Assembly (NCBI RefSeq): GCF_001194135.2
Contig: NC_068984.1
Span: forward strand, 11,232,707-11,296,706
Source: Octopus bimaculoides
Taxonomy: Eukaryota
Direction of reading: 5' to 3'
DNA length: 64,000 nt
Shown piece by piece: positions 25,471 to 40,163 of the stretch. A model generated the notes under the pieces. The model was not told where the DNA came from. It saw only the letters and a list, made by a program, of their open reading frames with translations, and made no database searches. The position numbers and the translations under genes were made by a program. Positions within the stretch are counted from its first letter, which is position 1; every line of letters begins with the position of its first letter.

Positions 25471-28360
25471 CGAGAAAAATGTATAGTTAATTATAAGTTG
25501 TGTGTTCAATATTTTGTAGATGCTTTCCTTTTTATGTTTAATTCATCTCCATCAGATGTTTGACGTAAGCCTCAAATTGAAAATAGGTTTGATAAACAAA
25601 ATAATCAAATCGTTGGAAAGATAAAGAAGCTACCAGAATTACAGGTAGAAGAAATGACCGGATATAGTGCACAGCATATTTAATGTATGTGTATATACAA
25701 TAGGAATTTTTAAAAATAAGTATGTGTGTGTGTGTGTGTGAAAATAAAAGATTTCATAAATCCTGTATAGATATTGCATGGACATATTCAGAAAATGCTT
25801 CTTGCTTTAAATGGCTTGTGCAAACATTTTTTTTTCTTGTTTATTTAATAACTAGAATGAAATTGTAGGGGTATGAATGATAATTTAAATTGTATTTGTT
25901 TCTTCTTTCTTTTTTTTTTCTGTGTTGTCACTGTGTTGTGACACTTTCATAGCTACAGATTTTTTTATATTGTCAAAAAGAAATACAAATTGTTCTTTAA
26001 AAAATTTCAACAAAAAGATATCCTCTCTTTAAATTCAATACCAATAAACTTGTCAAAAGGAAAACCCTAAATTAGAACCCTTTTCCTGTTTGAATGTTTT
26101 CATTGGTTTTTCATGCTGTAGCTTCAGATTGTGTTTCATCAATCGATATGTTTTCCTATTTGAAGTCTTAGAATTTTTCTTGTTTACCATTTTGTTAAAA
26201 TCAGATATAAATTGTACAATTAATCTACATTTTTTTTTTTGCGAAAGGAAAACCTTGGCAAAAATGCTAACATGTTTTCTGCTGACAATCGAGAATATAT
26301 GATTCTAGAATTAGCTTTAGTTTGTAAACTGTAGCATTACAAGTGTACTACTGAAAATAAGAGTTTTTTAGGTTGCCAATAATGGCTAAGGGTAGACATT
26401 CATTTTTTAATTGGAGCTTTTGTTTTAAAAAGTAATTTGTGTATTTTCTGTCAATATAGTTCAAAGAAGACTTTAAAATGTAATTCATGTCTTCTAGTAT
26501 TTTTTTTTTTTTTAATTAAAAACATCTTTTCTCTCTAAATGATTTTGAATAACCTTGTTTTGTTCTGTATTAGGTCTACTTTGCTAATTTAATATTCCAA
26601 ATTTACAGGATAGAATTAAAGAGCATTGTTCTGCCAAAATACATGTTGCAATAAATTTATAACTTTACTATACAAATATGTATAGTAAAAATTTCCTAAG
26701 GGTTAAATCAAAATGTTATATGGGTTTATTCATATTCTTAAGGAATATTGTAAATTTATTTGCTTAACGGTTTATTTGTTTCTAGTAAATATGCCTTGGT
26801 TTTTGGTCCTTCTCAATTTTACTCATGTAAACCTGGAAAATGGGTGCTAAACAGAAAGTGTGCCAATATGATGGCTCATAAATGCTCTCTGAATACCATA
26901 GTTCTATTCCACTTTGAAAGAATCCATTTTTTTTTCTTTTTGAATTTGGAATTAATTTCATTTATACAGGACACACATAATTTTCTCTCAACTAAGCATT
27001 TATAACCAGTTTCAGACATTCAAATATTTAATAGCTATGGATAGCTTCAAGTGTACAATTTATTTATTGCTTATCTTAGTACAAACTTAACCAATTGTAG
27101 TAATATGTACGGTTTTCCTTTCCATGTGCTTTATTCCTTTCATTTCTCTAATTCAGTAGCATGTTGCATTTTTCCTTGTTATTTTGCTGAGATTACACAT
27201 ACCTGTACACACATATTCTGATGAAGTCCCTCTAAAGCAACAGACTATGGCCCACAAATTCAAACAAAATCAATGTATTGCAATTTACTTTATGAAATTG
27301 AAATGGAAAAAAAATTAAATAAATAAAAACTTTTGATTTTTATCTGAAACCTATATTTGTGCAGGCGCAAACAAAAATGATTTCAGACAAATTTAGGCAA
27401 AATAAAAAAATTAAAAAATTAAAAAAAAAAAACACCCCTGAAAGTGAACATTTTTTCTTTTTAAATAATGTCGTCATATCTGGTGTTATGAAGGAAAAAC
27501 AATAAAAGGGAATTTTAATTTATTAATGAGTTTTCCATATTATTATCATCATTATCATCATCATCGTTTTCATCATGTACTGTGTTTATTATTAAGCATT
27601 TAAAAAGAAAAAAAAAAGCAAACTCTTAATAAATTTGTGGGAATTACTTGAAGGTTGGCAAGTCTACTTTGAACTGGTTGGAATCCTCACAAGACAGGAA
27701 ATGTTTGTCTTGATGTAAATATACAGCTCCTTTTTTTACATCGACAGATAAATATTTATTACAAAATGGCCATACATTTAATAGCTATGCATGTCGCAAG
27801 ATATTTAAAACAGTCTGGTTGTAATCATATGGTCAGACATTTTTGGCTGCTGGCTATATGACATCACTAATTCTCCTCTATGAAAAATAAACTCATTCTT
27901 TAAATACCATTTATTTCATGTGATACAAATGCCATTAATTCACCGAATCTGAAAGGAAGAGTTTTATTTGTGTCAGTGTTTTATAGCAATAGGAACTAAA
28001 TGAGACATGTTAGATGGGTTAGCGAAGCAAAAAATGAAAAACTGATAACAGGTTCATTATGTACATGCAACCTGGAAAGGGAAGAGATTTTAAATATAGT
28101 TTTTCCCATTTAAACCACTATTCAAGAAGTTAAAGAATTTTTCAATTTATTTTCTAAATCTTCAATAATGCTTCTGTTGATTTTGCAGGCCTTTGTATAT
28201 AAACATTGTTTATTTATCATTAATTTTAAACTTATGGCAAAAGTTATTTAAATTCATCTTTTTTTTTTTTAATCTTAAGATGATTTAAGCAGCTGATCTC
28301 TTGAGATTTGCTATTCCATAAGTTCCCTACATCAATAAACATGTTCTTTTTTTCTCTTTT
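22289..28360 (+). other. MAGI: Putative long MAGI 3' UTR
   Basis: About 6 kb of U-rich, almost repeat-free sequence after the stop codon. AATAAA at 28334-28339 is followed by a U/GU-rich tract. The end point is inferred, and earlier AATAAA hexamers exist. Confidence 0.4.
23030..23230 (+). mobile_element. SINE family A (gtcgactttgcctttcatcc core)
   Basis: ttctgagttcaaattc B-box, and gcctttcatccttccagggttgataaaataaagtaccag. Confidence 0.75.
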
Positions 28361-29135
28361 GTTTTTGTTCTCTTGTTTCCGATCCTCAGCTTTTTATATG
28401 CAAATTCAGAGACAATATTCTCATAATACAACAGGAAAGAAAACTATAATAAATTCAGAAATCAACACTTATTGATTTTGTTTTCTTGTTTGACTTAGAG
28501 AATTTAAAAACACCTTTTTCTTTTTATATTTAGAAAACTATCAAAACCAAGATAAAAAATATTGTCAAATTAGCAGCCATTTCAGTATTGATAGATCCAA
28601 TAAAGTATAAACTATTGTATTTCTACACTAAAAGTAATAGTTTTGGATCATTGTGTAAGTAAAATGTAGAAACCTTTACACAATGGTAAAAGACTCACTT
28701 TCATGTAAAAGGTCTTTAAATGGTATAACAAAAGAATAATCTGCTTGAAGTAGAGACAATATGGAATTGAAAGCACCAAATATTTAATATATGGCTAAAG
28801 TACACAGAGCTTTTAGTTAAAATTTCAATCAGAAACTTACTTATTGATTGATTACACTAAAATTCAGAAAGTAAATGTTACATTATAGTTTCTTTTTTAA
28901 GGACACATTAATTTAGAGTTCTTCCACTAAACGTTTCTCATAATTTGATTATTGAGAAAGCTGACTCGAAACAAAACAGTTTCTTGTAAGAAATATGATC
29001 CCAGAAATGTTATTCTGCCACATAATGCTCTTTACACAATCTTGTAAAGTCATTCCACTTACTCAGAAAACTGTTAAAGTATTAACATAAGAACCTACCT
29101 ATATGCTTCTAGTAGGCAGGTCTGTTTAAAATGTC

Positions 29136-29231
29136 CTACGTAAAGTAAGTACGAAGTACTCTGGCCTCTGCTTCCATTTCTTCCTTAGTTCTAAGCTTTA
29201 ATGTTTTGCCTTGAACAGGCTTTTCTTGCAG
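29136..29231 (-). CDS. NitFhit: NitFhit terminal exon ([31 protein letters not shown])
   Basis: tttgtttatag| acceptor. RTxEEMxAEAxxLRxYF is the Fhit C-terminal motif. TAG at 29138-29136. Confidence 0.94.
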   Translation of the reverse strand: MQEKPVQGKTLKLRTKEEMEAEARVLRTYFT

Positions 29232-32200
29232 CTATAAACAAAAAAAAATACACACATATACATCTCTGTGTAGAAATATATAACGCAAATTAAATATGAA
29301 CATTTATTTTCATTTCATGTAAAAAAAATTATATCATGCAATTTGAAAAGTTCAAGCAAATTGTAAAAGCAATTCTAATGATATATGTATGCAGGAGATA
29401 ATGGTCATGACTGTATGGATATGATATATCCTAGAAGATAAGGTACTGTGAATGGTGAACAACAAGGAAGAGTTTGAAGGAAAACCATGCCTTTGGACAT
29501 TAGACCTGACAGATGAGATGACATAATATACACTAACAACTACAGTATAGCTCAGTGGTTCTCAACCTTTTTTTGCTGAATCCCCTTTGACTCCCATTTT
29601 ATTTTACTGGATCCCTGTAACCATTTGAAGTTTTACAAAATCCCATTATATTTTTATAATTAAATATCATAAGGAACTGTATAAAAAAAATTAAAATATT
29701 TTGTGTATTGTTGAAGTATAACTAATTCATTGCATATTAACTAAATCTTATATAGGTACCCAAAGGTCATGAGAACCACTAGTATAGATGTAAGTGGAGG
29801 TGCAATGGTCCAGTGGTTAGGTCAGCGGATCACGGTTTCGTTTCCCAGACCGGGCATTGTGAGTGTTTATTGAGCAAAAACACCTGAAGCTCCACGAGGC
29901 TCCAGCAGGGGGCAGTGGTGAACCCTGTTTTACTCTTTCACTACAACTTTCTCTAACTCTTTCTTCCTGTTTTTTTGTTGTACCTGTATTTCAAAGGGCC
30001 AGCCTTGTAACACTGAATCTCCCTGAGAACTACCTTAAAGGTACACATGTCTGTGGAGTGGTCCGCCACTTGCACGTTAATTTCACGAGGAGGCTGTTCC
30101 GTTGATCGGATCAACTGAAACCCTCGTCGATGTAACCAACGGAGTGCCACGATAGATGCAAGCTTTGAGTGACCATTCTAGCTATCATCACCCAATAAAC
30201 AAAACAAAACAATCTTGTCATTTTCATTCTCTTGATTTTCTTTGTAACTTCATACTTTATCTAATGATATTAGCAATAAGTGAAACATGCTTCAACTTTA
30301 AATTAAATTCCAGTTTCAGTTCAGCATGAACTGAATTGGTGTTTGCCAGAATAAACACAGTGGATGATAAAGTAGTAGTAGTAGTAGAACTTTTAAAGTG
30401 CACACAAGTTATACAAAACCAATGCAAGAGCACTTGATTACTAGTAAATAACACAAATGTAAATTCTTCGGCTTAGATAAGAATGATGGCACAATATGCA
30501 TTGGTACACTGATAACAGAGTAGTGGCAAAAATGTAAACGGTAACTCCCATCTCAATTTCAGGTTAAGTTTATCAGAAACTGTACACTGAAGATGTGCTA
30601 TGCAGACAGGGATAGCAGATTTGTAAAAAGAACTACTTAAAACAGAGATAACAGAGATATTGTAATTGGCATTTGTTAAGGTCATATTACACAACTAGCA
30701 GTATCATAAGCTTCATCTTCAATTACACAAAAGGTAAGGTTTTCAGGTGTTTGAGTTGCAAATCTGAAATATTTCAATATTTACATCTGTCAACTGGAGA
30801 TGGAGTTTCATTTGGCTTTACTTTGATCAGGAACTCCAATTACACAAATGGTAAAGAAAACAAATAAGGAATGTAGTCCTTAATTCAAATTCTTGGTGTA
30901 TGTTTACACTGAGAACAGTTTAGAAATACAGAAATATTCTTCTGAGTTTGAGAACTGCAACAATCTGTGTCAGGGACGGATAGTTTCTTGATAATGTAAG
31001 TGGATGAATTATATTTTTTTTTAGAGGTGTGGTGGGTGGGGATGGCACTCCAAGACCAATGAAATCAATGTGGTTAATGTCTGAGTAATATGAAGATTAG
31101 TTACGCTGTGATAAAAGATGGTTTAGTGTAGAGATCTAGACTGTAACTTGCAAAGAGGTTCAATGTTAGACAACATAGCAGAAAAAAATATAAAGGAACA
31201 GGCCATAAAAAAAAACAACAAAACAGGCTTAAAAAGTATAGACAAAAAATAAGAATATATTTAGCCCAAATATTCTACCCGTTTTATGTTCAAATTAGTA
31301 AGATCTGGTCCTTCACACCAACCCTACAATGTCATTCTAAAAGTAAACAGTTACATGCCTGGTTAATTCAAAACAAAGTGAATAAATAATCATCAAATTT
31401 GAGCGAGTAATCCAAATGTTAAAGATTACACAAAACCCTGTAGGTCTCTAACTAAAAGAGAAGCAGACAACTGATCGAACTCAGCCGAAGTCTTGCACAA
31501 TTGTATGTGGAGCCATATTCTAAATAGAATGCAAACTGCTCTGCCAAACTTATCCAAGTTGTAATCCTCAAGACCCAAGTTCTTCCCACGTGTGTCAATT
31601 GAAGTGGCCAAAATGGCCACTTCAATTCAAAATGCAGCATTGAATTTATAAGAACCACAACAAATGGTTTATATGCCAGGATGAACATGTTAACTGGAAT
31701 GTATCTATCTATATAAAAATATTTACTCTCTGAGTGGTTGGCGTTAGGAAGGGCATCCAGCTGTAGAAACTCTGCCAAATTAGATTGGAGCCTGGTGTTG
31801 CCATCCGGTTTCACCAGTCCTCAGTCAAATCGTCCAACCCATGCTAGCATGGAAGGCGGACGTTAAACGATGATGATGATGATGATGATGAATACATGTC
31901 CAGAGCATTGCACTGTACTCTATGCAATTCATCACAGTATATCAGAGTGTGCAGTATGGTACTGAACACAGTGGACACATGCTATATATAGAATAACAGA
32001 TACATGGGTTATGCCAAGTTGTTTGACTGACTGTTTATTGTATTTCATAAGCCTGCTCAATCAGAACTGACCTTTAGTTATACAACAAACAAGTGCAGTG
32101 GGATCTCAAAAAGATTCATAGAAAACCAGGACTTTAGATTATACCATATCAATCAGAGAATTTAGATATAAGAACAGTTCACAAGTTGCAGTTAGTTTCT

Positions 32201-35200
32201 GTTATCAAGGTGACATAAGTATTGTGAAGATAAAGTAGACCAAACAAAGAAGTCCGGCAAGTTCTAAGTGCTGTTAGTAATGAACAATCTTGTTCATTTG
32301 TTAAGGATGGACCTGAAACCAATGATCTTCTTAATCATAAACCAATGCCTGTGCCATACAGAAATGAAAGAAGTATGATTTGGTTGATGTATAACATCAT
32401 CCTGCATGAAAATACATAGAAAAGGCAGCTGTATTAGTATCAAAAGGTGTGTATATGGAATGATAGTAGCACATTTGTCCTTGCAGATACAAAGGTACGA
32501 ATGTAAGGAAACATGAAGAACCAGGGAAAGCTGCTGAGATGCTTAAAATATCTAAAGTAGAACATGCGCAGTCAATTAGGAAGCACAAGGAAGGCACTAT
32601 CTACAATGACTGGTGGAGCAGTATCATTATCAACCTCTACAAGGAGAAAGGAAATGCTCTGGAAAGAGACAACTACAGATGCATCAAACTAATAAATTAC
32701 ATTATGACTGTTACTTAAAGCGTTTCTGTACAACTGATTAGGAAATGGATTGGTCTAGATGAGATGCAGTTCATGTTTGTGCCAAAAAGGGGTATCACTA
32801 ATGCCCTGGTGAGGAAACTACAGGAGAAGCATTCAGCAAACAATAAGTCACTCTATCTAGCTTTTGTCAATCTGGAGAATTCTTTTGGCTGGATTTGAAG
32901 CTTTATAGTCTGATAATCACTAAAAAACACTAGGTATAGACAGCTGGTTTGTGAAAACTGTACAAGACTTGTACAGATGTGGTGTCAGTAACTATCTTTC
33001 AGGACATACTTCTCAACATCCTTCTGTCTGTTGTAATCTTCCAAGCCATAACATAGCAGTGAAGGTGGACAGATGTTCCAAGGAAAATTGGACCCATACA
33101 CTCATGGAAAATTGGACATAAAAATGATGATAACAGCAGCATTGGAAATTGGAATATATAACCTCTACAATTGGGTCTCTCATGACTATTAGATTTTTTT
33201 GAGTCTCCATCTAACACTTACCGTCTCCCTTCTTCACTTTCTCGTCTGTCACTCACCTCCTTTTCTATCAATGCACCTCCCTATTATCACTATCTTTTTC
33301 CATCATGACACATGCAATGAGTGTTGGCAATGGATTTCATCTGTCCATATTTAAAATCCTACTCCTCATCACTCTTTCACTCATTGCTTTCTCCTCTATC
33401 ACTCACTGATCTCCATCACTCTCTCTCTCATACACATTGCTTCTCCCTCAGTCAGTTTTTCTCCCCATCAATTTCCCACTTCTACTACACCCTCTTACCT
33501 TTACCTCTCCCCATCACATCATTGTACTGTTTCTATTCAGTCTTCTTAACAACAATCGTCACACAGCTATCACTCCCTCATTTGCTTCCTTCCAGTATAT
33601 TCTATTCTATTATCCTATTTCCATCCAATAAGAAAGAAATAACTGTACAGAAGCAACACAGAAAGCACTCTGTTTAGTCTTGCTCTGAACAAGACAACAC
33701 TCTGGTGCTGGTAAACAAATGATTGGAGACATCATCGGATAGAGAAGATTCTCTAGTCTTGCCAAGGTCAAGATAACATCCCTACTGCTGGTGCCATGAT
33801 AAAGTGCATCGAATACACTCTCAAAAGTGATTGGGAATAGGAAGGGTATCTAAGCACAGAAACCATGACAAAAAAGAAAAACATGCAAATAAGAAATGGT
33901 CTCCAACCCCACTAAGAGGGCAGTAACTTTAATAAGAACTGACATGAGCTGTAACAACCCATAAAACCCATACTAGCATGAAAAAGTAGAAGTAAAAACC
34001 ATACCATATGTGCTGTGGTTTGTTGTGATGTTCCTATTGTTTTATGTAAGATGTGTGCGGTGCCTAGTAGTACTATTTTCTGTATGTTACATATATTTGT
34101 TAGTCTTGGTGTGTTTGTTATGCATTAGTCTGAATATTTTTTATCATCCCTAATCCGTCTGTTATGAAAGGAACTGTTTCTGTTTTTAGACTCCACATTC
34201 GAGTTACCTCTATTTCCAGATCTTTGTATTTTGAAAGTTTCTCCATTTCTTTTAGAGAAACGTTGTCATCTGCTGGTATTAATACATCAATTAGAAAGCA
34301 TTTGTTTTTCTTGATGATCTCTGACAACTATAACTGGCCTATTGACCTTAATTTCTCTATCTGTGTGTATTGGCATTATTATTATTATTATTATTATTAT
34401 AAGTAGTAATAAATATCTAAATACTCAGAGATAACAAAAGATTATCAATATTTACCTTTCTGTAAATGTCATCATTTTCTGAGAAATCACCAGCAAATCT
34501 TGGAATTACATGAACGTGAACATGCTGCAACAAATTTAACATATAAGTATAAATAATTTCTTTAGACATGAAAAAAACACATTGAACAATGCAGATAAAT
34601 CAAATTTAACCATTTCGCATTCAGATTACTCTGTCCAATGTAATGCTTATTAATTTACATTGTTTACGAATTAATTATGCATTATCTCACAGCTTCGAGA
34701 TTTCAATGATGTAATTGTTTATTGTTAGAATGACACTGTAGAATAAGTCTGAGAAGCCAGATCTAGCTGGTTTGAACATAAAACGGGCAGAAAGGTTAGG
34801 CTGGATATAGTTTGTTTAAATGCTAAAGGGTCAACAAAAAAATATATAATTATTTTCATTTTTTTCAACCAGTAAAAAAAAAAATTGCTCATAAGCTATA
34901 AAAGCATATTGGAATGAGACAGAGATCATCATTTAATGTTCACTTTTTCATGTTTGCACAGATCAGACAGAATTTGTTAAGGTAGATTTTCTATGGCCAA
35001 CTGCTCTTCTTGTCACTAACCCTCACCTGCTTACATGCAAGTTAGTATATCCTCTGGCCAGACATGTATTTTTTTTACAGAAGACTAAATCACTTATATC
35101 ACAGTAATGCTCATTTTAAATCATTATATGATGTCAAGACACAGGTACACATATACATCTAATTGTCAGCTCCTGTCCAACCCATGCCAGCATAGAAAGT

Positions 35201-38200
35201 GGACGTTAAATGATGAGGATGATGATTATATATATATATATATATATATAAGATGTCACTTAGGTATAGCAATACTAATAACATGGTGTTGGGACTCAAT
35301 ATACATATGCTTCACAATAAAGTATTAGTTGCATATTGAGCATACTAAGAAATTGCATAAATGACAAGAAAACAGGAATTATGCAACCAACTTCCTTAGC
35401 TTACAGTTGTTTCTGCTATAAGATACAGTGCGCTCAGAGATAAGTGCAGATGCTTCACCTTATAGCAGAAATAGATGTAAGTTAATGACATCAATTACAT
35501 TATTCCTGTTACCTCGTCATTTATTTAATTTATTATTACATTCACTCCCCCTCTCTTTCACATACACACAATGGGTTTCTTTTAGATTCCGTCTACCAAA
35601 ACCACTAACAAAGCTTTTGGTTGGCCCAGGGCTTTAGGAGAAGATATTGTACAGCAATACTCAACCAGAAACTATTTGGTTGAGAAGCATGTTTCTTAAC
35701 CACATAGCCATGCCTGTACATGGAGGGTAAAGTTTATAATGCAACTTCCTGAATGAGGCACTTTTCTTTAAAAATCCTTGTTGTTTAGCACTAGCTTGGC
35801 TTTGACAGATCAGACCATCAAAGGCATTCCAGCAACCACTATTTCAGACAGATTATTATAAACAGCATTATCCACAGCATGTCACCATCTCACCTTTTAT
35901 CACAGTCCTTCATTTCATCACTCACCATAGTCTTTCATTACTCACCATGGTCTTCTATCACTTGTCACACACAAGTTGAGAAAAACCAGGACTAGGTGTA
36001 TTTCATTACACCACTATCACAGGTCTACAACTAGACTGAAAAGTTAACTATCATCACTATGGTTTAATGTCCACTTTTCCATGCTTGCATGGATCAGGCA
36101 GAATTTGTTGAGGCAGTTTTTTCTACAGTTAGATGCTCTTCCTGTTGCCAACTCTTATCTATTTCCAAGCAAGGTAATATTTCCCCATGGTCAAACATGC
36201 TTTTCAAGGCAGACTGGAAACAAACAACATAGCTTATATGATGATGAGGATGATGATGATGTTTGCTTACAATCATCACATTATGTCATAACAAGGATGC
36301 ACACAAACACTGTATCATGTGCTATTACTTGCTGAAACCATATTTCCTTCATACATTCCAATCTTTGATATGGTTCCTCCAAGTAGATACCATTGTTATT
36401 ACCAACCACTTTATAGTATGTACTGGATGCATTTTATTGTGCTACCGACACTAGAGAACTTGTATGATAGAATCCACTCGATGAGATATGTTAAATAAAA
36501 TTAAAAAATTTAAAAACCAATTACTCTTACCTTAACACTTTGTCCTGCTTCTAGGCCATCTTGAATAGCAAAAGTCAGAGAAGTTCCATTAAAATGTTTC
36601 TTGACTACATCACCGACTTTGCGTGCTGTACACCATAAATCAGATGTATGCTCATCGCTTACCTCAGAGAAACTAGAAACAACTGGTTTTGGACAAATTA
36701 AAACATCTTCAGTAAAAGTTAAGAAAATAACTTGAACATTGGAACAGAAATTAAAGCAGGTTAGCCATATGCCAGTTAGATGTATGAGAAGTAGAGGTTT
36801 CATACTAAAGTAACTGGTTCATGTGACATCAGGGAACCTGTGAGACACATGTCTAGGGGATAGAGGTATCGAATCTCCTCCATGGCCCTTGACAAGTACT
36901 GCCATCCTGAGCTGAGCTGGGCATAATGGTGACTAAGGGGTAACTCTGTACTCCGCTTGTCTTTCACAGGACTAAATCATTAAAAATTTGTAGTGGTTAC
37001 AATAACAAGATAAAAGAAAATAGACAAGCAATTATTTACAATAAAGGATACGTCCAGGTAATACAGGTTTGATGTTGACAAATGCAAAAGAAAATGGTGT
37101 ATTAAGAAACACTTGTGTTGAAGGAATATCAATGTGACCAAATTTATATGTTTCCTGTTCATCTACAGTGGTATTTTCTAGTGAAAAACAAAAGGAAATT
37201 TAAGATTATTTCAGTCAACTTATGAAAAACAACCTCATTTACCACGAAAACCTGGCCATTTCTGCCATTTCATTAATTTGTCCTAACATCATAACAACCT
37301 CCGCCTACAATACATTTATTATATTTTAGCTTTTACTTGTTTCATCCATTGGACTGTGGCCATGCTGGGGCACCACCTTGAAAGGTTTTAGTCAAACAAA
37401 TTGATCCCAGGACATATCTTAAACTTGGTACTCATGCTATTTGTCTTTTTGCTGAAACACTAAGTTACAAGAATATAAACAAACCAACATCGGTTCTTGA
37501 ATGGTGGGGATGGGTGACAAACAGACACATCTATACACGCAGACACACACACACAATTGGCTTTCACACAGCTTCCATCTCCCAAAACTCACTTACAAAT
37601 CATTGGTTAACTCAGGATTATAGTAGAAGACACTTGTCCAAGGTCTCATGCTTTGGAACTGAATCTGATACTACACAGTCACAAAGCAAGCTTCTTCATT
37701 ACACAGCCATGCCTGTATTCAGTGACACTTTTTATTTTTGCAATTTTATGGCCATTTCCTCCCCTGGCTTGGATAGGGATACAAACCCAAACATTTCCAT
37801 GAAATAAATTTTTGAAATATTTTTTTTTCTTTTTTCATTGAAACTAAATGCATTTACTGTGATCAAAAGGTTGTTTAAACTGAAGCACATTGAATAAGGT
37901 ACCATAGTAAGCAAGACAACAGTTACAAAAATTTGAAGATACAATACTGACACAAAATTGCACTCTATTGTTTTTATGATTTTGGACAGGCCATTATTCT
38001 ATGTACTTCATCATCATTTAACAGCCATTTTCCATGCTGACATGTGTTGGATGGTTTGACAGGAGCCAAGAAGCCAACAGACTGTACCAAGCCCCAGACG
38101 TCTGCTTTGGTATGGTTTCTACAGCTGGATGCTGTTCCTAATGCAAGCCTCTTTGCAAAGTATAGTGGGTGTTTTTTCATGGCACCAGCACTAGCAAGAT

Positions 38201-40102
38201 CACCACAAGACAAGACACCTCACTCAACTGAAGGTGGGATGAGGGTTTAGTATTGAGGGAGGTGGCTTTCTGCCAGGTGATGAGAGGTTAGAGTATGTTA
38301 GAAAGACAGAAACAGGTGTCTTGCAGTAGAAGGGGTACATGGCTATTCCAGTTGGAAAAACAGAGAAGATGATGAAGGGGTATCAGGAAACACCCTCTAT
38401 ACATATTTAGCTACAAGGAACAGGTACCAGATCATACAGTAAAGTTACCTGTGAATGTTACCTATCCACAAGAAGATTTATTTTCTTCATCCCTTGCATG
38501 CCATACAACTGAAAGTGAGCACTGTCTCACAGAGAGGAAAAAAATAAGAAAAGGTAAAAAGAAAACAAAATCTGAGGTATAGGTTGTTGTCATCATCGTT
38601 GCAGCAGTGTCGGAATTGTACACTGGTTAAGCTTATAGTTGTAACTCTATCTACACTATGGCCCAGGTTGTGAGGTTATCAATCAAATCAACCTGATTGA
38701 ATATACAGTAATCCCTCACCTATCGCGCATTCAGTACATCGTGGATTTTTCTGGTTAATATATGTAAATTTATACTGCGGACTCCTCAGTATATCTGGGT
38801 TTCTGTGGCTGATAGCTATTTATATTTTTATAGATTTTAATTATTTCTGTGGAAGGTTTTGGGATGTAAAATCCACGATAGTTGAAGGATTACTGTGCAA
38901 CACTAGGATTGTCCTTGAGTAGTTGTTCTAGTGTCAATGTTGGTATACACTCACTGTGGTGCAAGGAAGGTCAGGGTTCAAGATGTGAGAGAAGCCTGAG
39001 AAAAGAAAGGCATATAGAGAGAAAGAGAGATTAGAAAAGGTAGAAAGAAAAGATGAGAGAGAGAAGAGAGAGAAAGAGTCAAAAGAGAGGAAAAAGATAA
39101 AGAGGAGAAAATATAAGTAGAGAGGGGGAGTGCAAGGGGAAGCAATCAAGAAACAAGAGAGATTTTTTTTCTACTCTAGGCACAAGGCTCGAAATTTTTG
39201 TGGAGGTGGGTGCGGGCAGTGATTAGATCGACCCCAGTACACAACTGGTACTTAATTCATCAACCCCGTAAGGATGAAAGGCAAAGTCAACCTCGGCAGA
39301 ATTTGAACTCAGAACATAACGACAGGCAAAATACCACTAAGCATTTCAACTGGCATGCTAACGATTCTGCCAGCTCACCGCTGGTGATATTAACAATCAT
39401 CATCATTTTATCATCCGCTTCTCCATGTTAACATGGGATAGATTGAATTTGTTGAGGCAGATTTTCTACAGATGGATGCCCTTCCTACCACTAACCCTCA
39501 CCTGCTTCCAACAAAGGTAATATTTGGCCCTGAACAGACATGTTTCCATTGAAGATGGGAAACAAAGGATGTTGCTTGTCTGATATTGATGCTCATGTAT
39601 AACTATCACGTGATACCAAGGCAAGAAGATACTATTACCACACCACACATACATACAGATATACATGAGTTTCTTTCAGTTTCCATCTACCAAATCCACT
39701 CACAAAGCTTTAGTTGGCACAAGACTATAATAGAAGACACTTGCCAAAGGTGCCTTGCAATGGGACAGAACCCAAGACCAATGATTTGGAAGAGGCTTCT
39801 TAACCACATAGCTACCCCGATGAGATTGATGCCTTTTTCCACATTATTCTTCCTCTCAGATTTATTTTAATGCATCTGTTGAAACATATGTCGGTGATAT
39901 GGTGATATAAATGATTTAAACAACATCTTGAGTGTTTGTCTCCATTTTCCATTATTCTTATGTTCTGCAAAACAAGTCTCACTTCTCAGAATTAACTCCC
40001 ACGCAAGTGTGATTACTAATTCCTTAGGCGCTTATGTGACATTTGGGTACCTTGTAATTATTCTTCTTGATCTTTCCTTGTAAACTGAACATTTATATAC
40101 AT

Positions 40103-40163
<61 letters not shown>

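Noticed and set aside
29794-29860. SINE heads as functional tRNA genes
   Set aside because: A/B boxes are present, but there is no complete cloverleaf and they continue into SINE bodies with TSDs.
31426-31620. 64-aa minus-strand ORF as an additional NitFhit exon or gene
   Set aside because: No recognisable motif. The Fhit domain is complete without it, and no convincing splice sites were found.
36510-36803. Fhit ORF as an independent FHIT gene
   Set aside because: The ORF start is intronic. The true upstream exon has no in-frame ATG and joins the Nit exon in phase.
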